Below, in pieces: positions 47,242 through 57,556 of a stretch of 64,000 bases of DNA (its first letter is position 1; each line of letters begins with the position of its first letter). This DNA is from an uncultured Chloroflexia bacterium (GTDB taxonomy: Bacteria; Chloroflexota; Chloroflexia; QHBQ01; JADMIH01): assembly GCA_963797095.1 (NCBI GenBank), contig CAWCNY010000004.1:128001-192000 (forward strand), given 5' to 3'. The notes beneath the pieces were generated by a model. The model was not told the DNA's origin and did no database searches. It saw only the letters and a program-made list of their open reading frames with translations. The translations under genes and the position numbers were made by a program.

Positions 47242-48491
47242 CTGCTCAACTCCTTGCCTGAGCGCTTATGTTCTCGCAAAGGGTTGCAGCCGAGTAGATT
47301 GCAGACTTCGATTGGCTCTCCTCCGTGCAGGTAATACCTGGGCACACGCTCAGAAAGGCCGCACAGGACTTCGTATGAAATCGTGCCCTGCCACTTCGCA
47401 AGGTCATCCGCAGTAATCTCATCCTCACCTTGCTTGCCTATCAACACCACTTCCTCGCCTTCGACAGGTTCGGGCAGTGATGTGACATCAATGCATAACT
47501 GGTCCATGCTAACACGCCCGATGACAGGACAACGGTTGCCACGCACCAATACCTGTCCTCGATCTGAGAGTAACCTGCTATAGCCATCGGCATAGCCGAC
47601 GGGCACAAGGCCCACTAGAGTTGCGCGTTGGGCAGTCCAGGTGCGACCATAACCGATGGGCTCTCCCGAGTGCGCCAGGTGAACCCGCGCTAAACGAGAG
47701 CGAAGGGTGAGGGCCTTTGTTAAATCTATTCTGGTTGCCAGATGCTGGGCAGGGAGATGGCCGCTCAACATTATGCCAACCCGCACCATGTCAAAGCGGG
47801 CCTCAGGTAGGGCCAGAGCAGCAGCAGAATTAGCGGCGTGCACAATTTCGAAGGAGAACCCTTTACCTACGGCTTCGGTGCGCAGTCTATTGAACAAGGC
47901 CAATTGTCTGTGCGCATAACCTGGGTCAGCGGAATCGGCATCGGCAAAGTGAGTCATCAGGCCCTCGACCCGCAGGTGCGGGAGGCTCGCCACCTCAGCC
48001 ATAAGTGGCATGAACTCTTCTGGAAGACAACCATAACGGCCCAGGCCGGTATCAACCTTGATATGTACGGCAACCTTGCCTGTTCCCGCCTGTTTCGCAG
48101 CTTCTTCCAGGGCATTGGCACTACGAGCACCGTGGAGGGTCAAAGTCAGCCGGTTGCCAACGGCTGCCACAGCTTCGTCGGGCGGAACGTAGCCCATGAC
48201 AAGCAACGGACCTGTGTAGCCTGCGCGGCGCAATTGCACACCCTCGTCCACACACGCGACCGCCAACCAGGAAGCCCCGCCTTCGAGCGCTGCCGCAGCT
48301 ACCCATGGTGCGCCCAGGCCATACCCATCAGCCTTCACGACGGCCACCACACGGCACCTAGGGCCCACGACCTTCTTGATAGCGCGCACATTTGAGGCGA
48401 TCGCAGACAGGTCTATCTCCGCTTTGACAGGGCGGCCCCATGCAGGTTCCTCCAGCAAAGTATTCTGACTTTGGATTGCAGGCTCAATCAC
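47238..48491 (-). CDS. alr: Alanine racemase
   Basis: AVVKADGYG, HIKVDTG, HAANSAA, GYADGY, GRVSMD; GTG start 48491. Confidence 0.95.
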   Translation of the reverse strand: MIEPAIQSQNTLLEEPAWGRPVKAEIDLSAIASNVRAIKKVVGPRCRVVAVVKADGYGLGAPWVAAAALEGGASWLAVACVDEGVQLRRAGYTGPLLVMGYVPPDEAVAAVGNRLTLTLHGARSANALEEAAKQAGTGKVAVHIKVDTGLGRYGCLPEEFMPLMAEVASLPHLRVEGLMTHFADADSADPGYAHRQLALFNRLRTEAVGKGFSFEIVHAANSAAALALPEARFDMVRVGIMLSGHLPAQHLATRIDLTKALTLRSRLARVHLAHSGEPIGYGRTWTAQRATLVGLVPVGYADGYSRLLSDRGQVLVRGNRCPVIGRVSMDQLCIDVTSLPEPVEGEEVVLIGKQGEDEITADDLAKWQGTISYEVLCGLSERVPRYYLHGGEPIEVCNLLGCNPLREHKRSGKELSR

Positions 48492-48525
48492 AATAGCACG
48501 TCCAGTTTGCTGCCATGTCCACTTT

Positions 48526-50181
48526 CTAGCGTCCTCGAACCTTGCGTTGGGCGTGAGCCAGCAAAAGGGGTAGATCGCCTGATAGTCCGCCCGAAACGCC
48601 AAACTGGTCACGCATGAGCTCACCCGCCGTTCCGTGCAGATAAACACCTGCGCGGGCGGCATCAAGTGGAGAAAGGCCCTGCGCCAGCAAGCCGACAATT
48701 GCTCCCGCCAGAACATCGCCCGTGCCAGCCGTTGCGAGGGCGGGGTTGGAAAACGGACTGATGTACACTTTGCCTTTCGGGTCGGCTATAACAGTAGCCG
48801 CACCCTTCAACACAACTATCTGCTTCCATTCGGAGGCTGCTCGGCGTGCAGTGCCGACGCGATCAGACTGCACATCGTCGATCGTGGAGTTAAGCAATCG
48901 AGCCATTTCGCCTGGGTGAGGTGTGAGAACTGTATTCTGAGGGACCGCTCCTGTCCACTCGTCCCATTCGGCAAGAATGTTGAGGGCATCCCCGTCCAGC
49001 ACGAGCGGCGGTAAATGGGGTGGCTGGGATGGATGGGTCCCAACCGGAGCGGCCTGCGCGGCGAACCCTATGGGGCGTGTTGACGCATGAGCAACGGATT
49101 CCTGGCTGGCAAAAAGACCCTTGATGAAGGCCACAGTCTCCTTGTCCTTGCCAAGTCCACTGCCTACCAGGAGCGACGTGTAGTCTTGCAATGCGTCGAC
49201 CAGTTTTTCGATAGCATGCGGCGTAAGCGCTCCGAGATCTGAAGGGAGCGGCAAGAAAGTGCATTCGGTTAGCTTGGCCGCCATGATGGCGAGCAAGTCA
49301 CCTGGGCAACCAAGAGTGACCAATCCAGCGCCGACTCGCATTGCACCCTGCACTGCCAGGGCAGCAGCCCCTATGTAGTTTATGGAACCGGCCACTACGA
49401 ATGCTTTACCAAAAGTGCCTTTGTTAGCATCGTCGGGACGCGAGGGCAATATTGCTCGGACGCTCTCGTCCGTGAGTAACTCACCGCGAGCGGTCGAGCG
49501 GCTATCTTGTGCGTTCAATCCTATATCCTCCAACCTTAATTGTCCCATGTAAACTTTTCCCGGGTGCAGGAAGTGACCGTATTTATAGTGACCAAAGGTG
49601 ACGGTGAAGTCGGCAATGGCAGCAACACCCATAACTGATCCTGTATCGCTATCGATGCCGGTTGGAATATCGACCGCCATGCATTTTCGTGCGGATGCGG
49701 CAAGGCGTGTTACTATGCCCGCAAGGGCTCCTTCAATATTCCGCTTCAATCCTGTGCCGAGTAAACCATCAACTACAACTGTACACCAATTGAGAGATTC
49801 GTCCAAGATGCTCTCCCAGGATCCCGATCCAAGATCTATGAGGGGAACCCTGGACTCGGCGAGTGGAACACGTAGGTGCTCGTCACCTTCGGCGCGGCGC
49901 TTCCAGAGAAGGCACCGGACGTCCCAGCCATTAAGAGCAAGGTGGCGAGCGATTACCAGGCCATCGCCCCCGTTGTTGCCGGGCCCGCAAAGCACAAGTA
50001 CCTGTTGCCGGGTCCGGGCATCGAGCCAATCGAGAATGGCGCGGGCAGCGCTGGCCCCCGCAGCCTCCATTAGCCCTTGCCACGTTGCGCCACGCGCCAC
50101 TGAGGCCGACTCGATTGACCTCATCTCGTCAGCAGTTACCAACAGCGGCGAATCTGACGCCGACTCCGCTGGAAGTGCCAT
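48526..50181 (-). CDS. nnr: Bifunctional NAD(P)H-hydrate epimerase/dehydratase
   Basis: GPGNNGGDG, DGLLGTG, NKGTFG, LTPHPGEM, ATAGTGDVLAG. Confidence 0.94.
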   Translation of the reverse strand: MALPAESASDSPLLVTADEMRSIESASVARGATWQGLMEAAGASAARAILDWLDARTRQQVLVLCGPGNNGGDGLVIARHLALNGWDVRCLLWKRRAEGDEHLRVPLAESRVPLIDLGSGSWESILDESLNWCTVVVDGLLGTGLKRNIEGALAGIVTRLAASARKCMAVDIPTGIDSDTGSVMGVAAIADFTVTFGHYKYGHFLHPGKVYMGQLRLEDIGLNAQDSRSTARGELLTDESVRAILPSRPDDANKGTFGKAFVVAGSINYIGAAALAVQGAMRVGAGLVTLGCPGDLLAIMAAKLTECTFLPLPSDLGALTPHAIEKLVDALQDYTSLLVGSGLGKDKETVAFIKGLFASQESVAHASTRPIGFAAQAAPVGTHPSQPPHLPPLVLDGDALNILAEWDEWTGAVPQNTVLTPHPGEMARLLNSTIDDVQSDRVGTARRAASEWKQIVVLKGAATVIADPKGKVYISPFSNPALATAGTGDVLAGAIVGLLAQGLSPLDAARAGVYLHGTAGELMRDQFGVSGGLSGDLPLLLAHAQRKVRGR

Positions 50182-50186
50182 AATTA

Positions 50187-50648
50187 CTATTTTCGAAGGT
50201 AGGCCACCACCATAGCGCAAGCCATTGTGCGGCTATGCGACAGGCTTACGGCCAATGATGTGATCCCTAGCTGCACTGCGCGCTCACGGGCTGCACCGTG
50301 CAGGAAAACCAGCGGCTTACCCATACGATCGCGCAGGATTTCAATTTCGCGCCAGTTATGGTTGGGGAGTCCTGTTCCCAGCGCCTTGGCTGCGGCCTCC
50401 TTGCCTGCGAAGCGCGCCGCAAGCGCCGAGTACCTGCCGGCGCATATCGTCTGCTCGCGCTCGGTCCATACCCGGTCTAGAAATCGTTGGCCCCACCTGG
50501 ACACAGACTGGCCGATCCTATCGATCTCAACGATATCTACACCGCACTGCACCCAGCCGTCAAGCGCATCTGACAATAGAATCCCATCCGCCATCCAGAC
50601 CGGTAGACCTGCGGCCTCGCTTGGCGATGGCGGGCGCTCATCCTGCAT
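50187..50648 (-). CDS. acpS: Holo-ACP synthase
   Basis: GVDIVEIDR, ARFAGKEA..KALGTG, GKP, SLSH. Confidence 0.93.
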   Translation of the reverse strand: MQDERPPSPSEAAGLPVWMADGILLSDALDGWVQCGVDIVEIDRIGQSVSRWGQRFLDRVWTEREQTICAGRYSALAARFAGKEAAAKALGTGLPNHNWREIEILRDRMGKPLVFLHGAARERAVQLGITSLAVSLSHSRTMACAMVVAYLRK

Positions 50649-50658
50649 GATCTATCCT

Positions 50659-51966
50659 TTAGCGGCCCACACCCGCGTAGTTAAAACCATATTTGCGCAC
50701 TTCTTCGGGGTCGTAGATATTTCGACCATCTACCAACACATCGCCCCGCATTAGCTCCTTCAAACGCTCCATATCCAGTTGCTTGAACTCATTCCAGGCG
50801 GTTACGAGAACCAGCGCATCCGTATTGGCTGCTGCCTCGTAGGCGTCCTCGCAATAGATAACATTATCAAGATAGGTTTGTGAGGCCTCGGTTGCGACGG
50901 GGTCGAACGCCTGGACTTCTGCGCCCAACTGCTGTAGGCCGCGAATGATGTCTATCGCAGGGCTTTCGCGCATATCATCTGTGTCCGGCTTGAAAGATAG
51001 GCCAAGTACTCCCACCCGTTTGCCGTGCAGGTCGCCACCCAGCATCCGGGCAACCTTTCTGGTAAAGAAATGGCGCGCGTTTTTGTTGACCTCAAGCACC
51101 GAGTTGAGTATATATGGACGTGTCTGCACCTTCTCCGCCATATGGGCTAACGCCTTGACGTCCTTAGGGAAGCAGCTCCCGCCGAAACCAACCCCTGCCT
51201 GTAAGAACTGTGCGTTGATTCGCTTGTCATATCCCATTCCCCGGACTACTTCCTTCACATCTGCGCCAAGCCTCTCGCAGATAAGGGCAATCTCATTGAT
51301 GAATGAAATATACGTAGCCAAAATGGCATTGGAGGCGTACTTGACCATTTCGGCGGTGCGGAGATCGGTTACCATAACGGGCGCGTTCAGAGGCTCGTAT
51401 AGCTCTGCGACTTCTTCTCCGGCCCAACGTTCTTCGGAGCCGAGCACGACCCGGTCGGGGTGGAGAAAGTCGAGGAGGGCCTGGCCTTCGCGCAAAAACT
51501 CCGGGTTGGAGACAACCGCAGACTTGAAGTCAGGAGGGCATTCCTGTTTGATAAGTTTACCAACCAGGTCGCCGGTGCCAATCGGTACTGTACTTTTGTT
51601 GACGATGATCAAGGGCTGTTCGCTCCTGCCCGGAGCCCACTTGCCGATAGCAGCTGCCGCCTGTTCAACGTAGCGCATGTCGGCGGAGCCATCCTCCGAC
51701 TCGGGAGTTCCAACTGCTATGAAGACTACCTTGGCGCCGGTAAGCGCTTCATTGTAATCAGTCGTGAAATGAAGCCTTCCCGCCTTCAGGTTTCTGAGAA
51801 TTACTTCTTCCAGCCCAGGCTCATAAATTGGGGAGATGCCTTGCTTCAGCTTGTCGACTTTCTCCTGGATCACGTCGACGCACACCACATCGTTGCCGAG
51901 ATCGGCAAAACAGGTGCCAGTCACAAGGCCAACATAGCCTGTACCAATAACTGCAATCTTACTCAA
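50659..51966 (-). CDS. ugd: UDP-glucose 6-dehydrogenase
   Basis: GTGYVG, NPEFLREG, KYASN, GGSCFPKD, FKPDTDD.RES. Confidence 0.95.
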   Translation of the reverse strand: MSKIAVIGTGYVGLVTGTCFADLGNDVVCVDVIQEKVDKLKQGISPIYEPGLEEVILRNLKAGRLHFTTDYNEALTGAKVVFIAVGTPESEDGSADMRYVEQAAAAIGKWAPGRSEQPLIIVNKSTVPIGTGDLVGKLIKQECPPDFKSAVVSNPEFLREGQALLDFLHPDRVVLGSEERWAGEEVAELYEPLNAPVMVTDLRTAEMVKYASNAILATYISFINEIALICERLGADVKEVVRGMGYDKRINAQFLQAGVGFGGSCFPKDVKALAHMAEKVQTRPYILNSVLEVNKNARHFFTRKVARMLGGDLHGKRVGVLGLSFKPDTDDMRESPAIDIIRGLQQLGAEVQAFDPVATEASQTYLDNVIYCEDAYEAAANTDALVLVTAWNEFKQLDMERLKELMRGDVLVDGRNIYDPEEVRKYGFNYAGVGR

Positions 51967-52014
51967 GAATGGTCCCTCCTCTAAGACTCTCGATATGGAT
52001 GTGTTTGTTTTTAA

Positions 52015-53376
52015 CTATCGCGCCAGCAGTGATATATCTGTTATGCCGCTCTCGAATCCAGCGCCGGTGCCATAGATCTCGATACTGTTGATAACCGCTA
52101 CATCGGGATTCCGGGCCTGAGACTTCAACAGGAAGAGATCGCTGTTGAGTTGAGCGAGCTCTTGCGCGCCTTGCGCCACGGCAAGGCTTTGTCGCAGGTC
52201 ACTAATCTCCCCGGTGGTTTCCCATTTGCCAATGGGGACGCGCACCCTGGTCGTATCTGAGAGATCTTCGGGGTTGGTGCCGATATAGAAGGATCGCTTC
52301 CACTCGTGGAGTTGTCCTTCGGAATCGTGGTACAGAACTCTCACTGTAAGAGGAAAGGAATCTCCAACCGGCCCTTGCGTCGGGCCTTGCTGGCTCACAA
52401 CCTTTAGTGTAGCACTCAATTCTATTGTATTGTAAAACTCAACCGACTTGTTAATGTCCTGCTTGAACCCAACACGCGGCAGCTGATCTCTGCTTCCTGA
52501 ATAGAGGATGCGCGCCACGCGCAGGTTTAACTCGTCCGTAATTGTAACGCTTCCGGCTGGGATCGGTGGCGATCCTTCGTCACTGATGGGTAGCCATCCT
52601 GCAACACCCAGGCCACCTTCAGCGACGGTTTCGCCCGAACTGGTCGGCCCATCAACAAAGTTACCGTTTTCAACGAGGTCTGTTTCGGCGGTAATAGGTC
52701 CTTGTGGTCCATCGATCTGGCTCACCCAGGCCATTTGTTGCGGACCAAGTTCGATCCTCTGGCCCTGGGAGCGGAAGGTCGCATGACCCTTGTCAACGAC
52801 TACTTGAGTGAGCCTGCTGTCGCCTTCGTCGATCGTGAAATGCACTTTGGAGCTCGGGTCGACAGCGGTCTCTGCTTGATCTGTGGCGACTATATATTGA
52901 GAGGAGGATTCTTCAATTGGGCTTCGTGCAACGAGTATCGAGCCACGATCCAGCTTGATCTTGATATCCTGGGCGTGACCGAAGAACTCGTTCGTGTGCA
53001 GCGTATCGAGCGTCAACTGAGTGCTGAACGAGAAGCTGAGAGTGCTTTCATCAAAGAGCCGTATGAATCCCCGGCCATTTTCGTCAGAGATCACTGTGTC
53101 CCCCTCCTGGAGGGTGGTCGGACCTGAGATTTGTTCAGGGTTTATCGTGCCGTGGCGAAGCACTGCCAGCTTGAGGCCAGTATAGGGTTCCAGGCTGGCG
53201 GTTTTAGCGACGGTAACTGAGCCAAGAAAGGCTGCTACACCGTAGGAAGTGAGGACACAAAGTGCCACAAAAGCAAACAAGCAGATGGCAAGAACCAACC
53301 AGACTTGTCTGCTTCGTTCCACAATGGCGCTTCCCAAATGAGCCGCATCCTGCCCGGCGCGGACCTCGCTTGCCAC
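52015..53376 (-). CDS. Membrane-anchored FecR-domain protein
   Basis: N-terminal TM, LQEGDTV.S...G.GFIRLFD.S FecR-like start, C-terminal NGNF beta-domain. Confidence 0.6.
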   Translation of the reverse strand: MASEVRAGQDAAHLGSAIVERSRQVWLVLAICLFAFVALCVLTSYGVAAFLGSVTVAKTASLEPYTGLKLAVLRHGTINPEQISGPTTLQEGDTVISDENGRGFIRLFDESTLSFSFSTQLTLDTLHTNEFFGHAQDIKIKLDRGSILVARSPIEESSSQYIVATDQAETAVDPSSKVHFTIDEGDSRLTQVVVDKGHATFRSQGQRIELGPQQMAWVSQIDGPQGPITAETDLVENGNFVDGPTSSGETVAEGGLGVAGWLPISDEGSPPIPAGSVTITDELNLRVARILYSGSRDQLPRVGFKQDINKSVEFYNTIELSATLKVVSQQGPTQGPVGDSFPLTVRVLYHDSEGQLHEWKRSFYIGTNPEDLSDTTRVRVPIGKWETTGEISDLRQSLAVAQGAQELAQLNSDLFLLKSQARNPDVAVINSIEIYGTGAGFESGITDISLLAR

Positions 53377-53684
53377 TAGTGTCTTACCTCGAAATGAGTG
53401 CCCAATCCCCGAGATTCACCTTCGGTCCACTCAGTGTCTATCGACGTGACGTGAGCCCCTGCGGGTCCGGTCCAAATCTCCTCAAGCAAGCTTTCCAGCT
53501 TTGGGCGAGATCCCGCGGCGACCACTTGCACTGTGCCGTCAGGCATGTTTTGAACGAATCCACGCACTTCTAGGTCCCAAGCATGACTGCGGATGAAAAC
53601 GCGGAATCCAACACCCTGAACGTATCCACGAATAACCGCCCGCAGAGTCTGAGTGCGGTCGGGGTACTGATTCTGTTCACTCAT
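53376..53684 (-). CDS. acyP: Acylphosphatase
   Basis: GYVQGVGFR, GFVQN..DGTV. Confidence 0.93.
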   Translation of the reverse strand: MSEQNQYPDRTQTLRAVIRGYVQGVGFRVFIRSHAWDLEVRGFVQNMPDGTVQVVAAGSRPKLESLLEEIWTGPAGAHVTSIDTEWTEGESRGLGTHFEVRH

Positions 53685-53729
53685 AAAGCGTAGTCAGCCT
53701 CGCTTCGATTGTCCTTCACTCTGTCCCTT

Positions 53730-53758
53730 ATTGTACCTACGCAACATGGTTGCGTCAA
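53730..53758 (-). promoter_or_regulatory. sigma70 promoter containing a palindromic operator
   Basis: TTGACG-N17-TACAAT on minus; ACGCAAC-ATG-GTTGCGT at 53739-53755 covers the spacer and part of -35. Confidence 0.65.
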
Positions 53759-54102
53759 ACAGCGAATTGCGCGGGTGCGAGATGGCAAACATAACACGTA
53801 CCCATGTCGCTATGCAAGGTCACTGTCTTCCCAAGCTAAGCCCAGCTCCGCTCCGATTCGCCGACATATACTATATGGCAATGGCGAGACAAAACGGGAC
53901 AGGTTTTGAGGTGTACTTAAGTATGGCTCTTGAGTTATGCGTGCGCCTCGGCGAGTATTTGCCTGCTTCGTGAGGCAGGGTTATAATAGGCCACGACTCT
54001 GTTCGTCACCGTGCGGACAATTTAGATTGTCCAGGTGCGTTGCAAAACGCGAACATTAGCTCATGGATCTCCCGATCAATACGCTCGAAGTCTAGGTAGA
54101 TT

Positions 54103-56109
54103 ATGCCTGAAGAACTCAAATATCCCTCATTTCTCGATGTACCTGATATTCCCTGTGGCCGGGACGACCCTCGCAGCCGTGACATCGCATGGAGGCCAAC
54201 TCCTGCCTATCTTGGACGGTCGCGCCTGCGTGCGTTTATGCATTCACAGGGTATCGAGCGGTTTGAGCATATGGTCAACCGGGCTGCCCGCTCGCCCGAA
54301 TGGTTCTGGGCGGCTGCTGTTAAGGACCTTGGAATTGAATTCTATGAACCGTATGAGAAGGTGATGGACACCTCAAGAGGCTGGGAGTGGACCACGTGGT
54401 TTACGAACGCCAAGTATAACTACGTTCACGACGCGCTTGACAAGAGGGCCACGGGGGACGAGCGCGACCGTACTGCGGTGATCTTTGAGGGCGAGGAAGG
54501 TGTGGTGCGCACCTACACTTACGCGCAGCTACATGCCGAAGTGTGCCGTTTCGCGAACGGTCTGCAATCGTTGGGGGTGATGGAAGGCGACAGGGTTGGC
54601 CTGTTTATGCCGTTTACGCCGGAAGTGGCAATCGCCATGCTCGCGTGCGGCAAGATTGGCGCGATCTTCATCCCGATCTTTTCGGGGTACGCCGCGCCTT
54701 CGGTCGCCTCGCGCCTTTCGGATTGCTCGGCCAAAATACTGGTAACCGCGGATGGCTTCACACGCAGGGGCAAGCCGGTGGCAATGAAGGAAGTGGCGGA
54801 CGCCGCTGCCGATGCGGCCCCTAGCGTGGAGAAGGTTATAGTGCACCGGAGGGTGGGACGTGATGTGCCGTGGAACGGTGAGCGCGACGTGTGGTGGCAT
54901 GATTTGATTGAGGGGCAGAGCGCGGAATGCGAGAGCGTGAGGACCGACGCAGAGCAGTTGTACATGATCATATACACGTCCGGTACGACGGGGAAGCCGA
55001 AGGGCGCGCAGCATGTGCATTGTGGGTTCCCGATCAAGGGCGCGCAGGACATGGCACACTGCTTCGACGTTCAGCCCGGCGACATAATGTTCTGGTACAC
55101 AGATATTGGCTGGATGATGGGGCCGTGGGCGATCAGTGGCGCTCTGATGTTGGGGGCAACGCTATTCATGTACGATGGGACGCCCGATTTTCCGGGGCCC
55201 GACCGCGTTTGGGATATGATCGAGCGGCATGGGATCACGCACCTCGGCATCTCGCCAACCGCGATCCGAGCGTTGATGGGCCACGGAACTGAGTGGGTTG
55301 ACAAGCATAACCTTTCGTCTCTTTATGTGCTCGGCTCGACGGGAGAGCCATGGAATCCCGACCCCTGGTGGTGGTATTTCAAGAAGGTGGGCGGCGGGAA
55401 GTGCCCGATTATCAACTACTCCGGCGGAACCGAGATTTCGGGCGGTATCCTCTGCTGCAATCCGCTGCTCCCTATTAAGCCCTCGTCGTTCAATGCGCCT
55501 GTGCCTGGGATGGCGGCAGATGTAGTCGATGATGAGGGGAAGCCGGTCCGTGGGGCGGTCGGCGAACTGGCAATCAGAGGACCCTGGCCTGGCATGACGC
55601 GGGGGTTCTGGGGCGACCCACAGAGGTATGTTGATACATATTTCTCACGCGTGCCGGGAGTGTGGATACACGGAGATTGGGCGCAGGTCGACGAGGATGG
55701 GTACTGGTATATCCTGGGGCGCTCGGACGATACGATCAAGGTGGCGGGCAAGCGGCTCGGTCCCGCGGAAGTGGAGTCGGCGGCTGTGAGCCACCCATCA
55801 GTTAGCGAGGCGGCGGCAATAGGCGTCCCGGACGAACTGAAGGGAGAGTCGGTGGTGGTGTTCGCGGTCTTACGCAAGAACGTTGAGGCTTCGGACACCT
55901 TGCGCGTCGGGATCGTGGACGCCATCGTGGGGCAGCTAGGCAAAAGTCTCGCGCCGAATAAGGTGCTATTTGTTAGCGACCTGCCCAAGACGCGCAACGC
56001 CAAGATCATGCGGAGGGTAATTCGCGCGCGCTACTTGGGAGAGCCTCTGGGCGACATCACGTCGCTGGAGAACCCGGCGGCAGTCGAAGAGATAGGGAAG
56101 GCACAGTAA
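54103..56109 (+). CDS. Acyl-CoA synthetase (acetate-CoA ligase-like, AMP-forming)
   Basis: YTSGTTGKPKG, TGEP, GRSDDTIK.AGKR, PKTRNAKIMRR. Confidence 0.92.
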   Translation: MPEELKYPSFLDVPDIPCGRDDPRSRDIAWRPTPAYLGRSRLRAFMHSQGIERFEHMVNRAARSPEWFWAAAVKDLGIEFYEPYEKVMDTSRGWEWTTWFTNAKYNYVHDALDKRATGDERDRTAVIFEGEEGVVRTYTYAQLHAEVCRFANGLQSLGVMEGDRVGLFMPFTPEVAIAMLACGKIGAIFIPIFSGYAAPSVASRLSDCSAKILVTADGFTRRGKPVAMKEVADAAADAAPSVEKVIVHRRVGRDVPWNGERDVWWHDLIEGQSAECESVRTDAEQLYMIIYTSGTTGKPKGAQHVHCGFPIKGAQDMAHCFDVQPGDIMFWYTDIGWMMGPWAISGALMLGATLFMYDGTPDFPGPDRVWDMIERHGITHLGISPTAIRALMGHGTEWVDKHNLSSLYVLGSTGEPWNPDPWWWYFKKVGGGKCPIINYSGGTEISGGILCCNPLLPIKPSSFNAPVPGMAADVVDDEGKPVRGAVGELAIRGPWPGMTRGFWGDPQRYVDTYFSRVPGVWIHGDWAQVDEDGYWYILGRSDDTIKVAGKRLGPAEVESAAVSHPSVSEAAAIGVPDELKGESVVVFAVLRKNVEASDTLRVGIVDAIVGQLGKSLAPNKVLFVSDLPKTRNAKIMRRVIRARYLGEPLGDITSLENPAAVEEIGKAQ

Positions 56110-57029
56110 TGCGTTTGGTCACATTTGCCCGAAAGAATGCTATCGAGGCAGGGACTCCCGTCATCCTGCAAGTGGGGATCGTGCGTGGTGATGATATTGT
56201 CAGCATCAGGACAGCAGCACCGATTGGAATGATAGGCGTTATTGAGGCTCTTATCAGCGAGGAGGGTAGAGAATGGCGTGCACTTGCTGAGAGCACGGTA
56301 CTGACCGACGCTACGGAAGTGACCCCTATTGCGGACGCATTACTATATGCGCCTATAGCGCGCCCTATGAAGAATGTGATGTGCCTGGGGCGCAATTATG
56401 CCGAGCATGCCGCCGAATCGAGGCGGGCCTTCGGGGAGGCTGCGCCCATAGACAAGCCGGACTATCCGGCTGTTTTCACCAAGGCAACTACGTCGGTGAC
56501 GGGGCCCTATGCCGACATTCCATATGATCCAAGTGTGAGCACACAGATAGACTGGGAAGGTGAGCTTGCCATAGTGATCGGGAGGGGAGGCAAGAACATC
56601 CGGCGGGAAGACGCCATGCAGCACATCTTCGGATATACGATAGTGAATGATATTTCGGCCCGCGACATTCAAAAGCGGCACGGAGGGCAGTATTTCAAGG
56701 GTAAGAGCCTGGATGGGGCTTGCCCAACGGGTCCCTGGATAGTTACAGCTGATGAGATCGCAGACCCGAACGAGCTCGAAATCACAGTACGCGTAAATGG
56801 CGTAGTTAAGCAGCACGACAACACGCGCTCAATGTTGTTCGACATACAGGAGATCATAGAGCATTTGTCGGTGGGCATGACGCTCGAACCTGGAGACATT
56901 ATCGCCACAGGCACACCTGGAGGAGTGGGGCACGCTCGCACCCCGCCTGAATACCTTCAGCCGGGGGATGTGGTAGAGGTAGAAATAGAGAAGATAGGCA
57001 CAATAAAGAACTGCATAATAGAGGCATAG
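56109..57029 (+). CDS. Fumarylacetoacetate hydrolase family protein
   Basis: CLGRNYAEHA.E, DWEGEL, NDISARD, GKSLD, TGTP.GVG. Confidence 0.92.
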   Translation: MRLVTFARKNAIEAGTPVILQVGIVRGDDIVSIRTAAPIGMIGVIEALISEEGREWRALAESTVLTDATEVTPIADALLYAPIARPMKNVMCLGRNYAEHAAESRRAFGEAAPIDKPDYPAVFTKATTSVTGPYADIPYDPSVSTQIDWEGELAIVIGRGGKNIRREDAMQHIFGYTIVNDISARDIQKRHGGQYFKGKSLDGACPTGPWIVTADEIADPNELEITVRVNGVVKQHDNTRSMLFDIQEIIEHLSVGMTLEPGDIIATGTPGGVGHARTPPEYLQPGDVVEVEIEKIGTIKNCIIEA

Positions 57030-57031
57030 AG

Positions 57032-57556
57032 ATGCCAATAGAAAGAGATGTTTTTCGCAGGGTGATGGGTTCGTTTGCCAGCGGAGTTACCATAGTAACG
57101 GTTGTAGGCCAGGACGGGACGCCAACGGGCTTTACGGCGAGCGCGGTTACGTCATTGTCGCTGGAACCACGGATGCTGCTGGTATGCGTGAGCGAGCACT
57201 CATCAACGCTAGTGGCCGTAAATGAGGCGGGGAACTTTGTGGTGAACATTCTGGGCGCGCACCAGCAAGCGGCCGCACAACAATTCGCCACAAGAAGAGA
57301 AGATCGCTTTGGGGGCTTCCGGTGGCACCCCGGCCCGCTTAGTGGTGCGCCTGTGCTGGATGGATCGCTGGCTTACGCCGAATGTGTCCTTCGGGATACG
57401 TGTAAAGGCGGAGATCATGTGATTCTCATGGGCGAGGTGCTTGCCGGGGATGTACACGAGGCCGAGCCGCTTCTCTATTTCAGGGGCCGCTACGGGACAT
57501 ACGAAGCGGTGGTGGCCCCGGTGGTGCACCCTGCGGATATCTGGGAAATCTGGTAG
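57032..57556 (+). CDS. Flavin reductase-like (HpaC/RutF family) protein
   Basis: FRRVMG.FASGVT, SLSLEP, GDH, PLLYFRG.Y. Confidence 0.92.
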   Translation: MPIERDVFRRVMGSFASGVTIVTVVGQDGTPTGFTASAVTSLSLEPRMLLVCVSEHSSTLVAVNEAGNFVVNILGAHQQAAAQQFATRREDRFGGFRWHPGPLSGAPVLDGSLAYAECVLRDTCKGGDHVILMGEVLAGDVHEAEPLLYFRGRYGTYEAVVAPVVHPADIWEIW

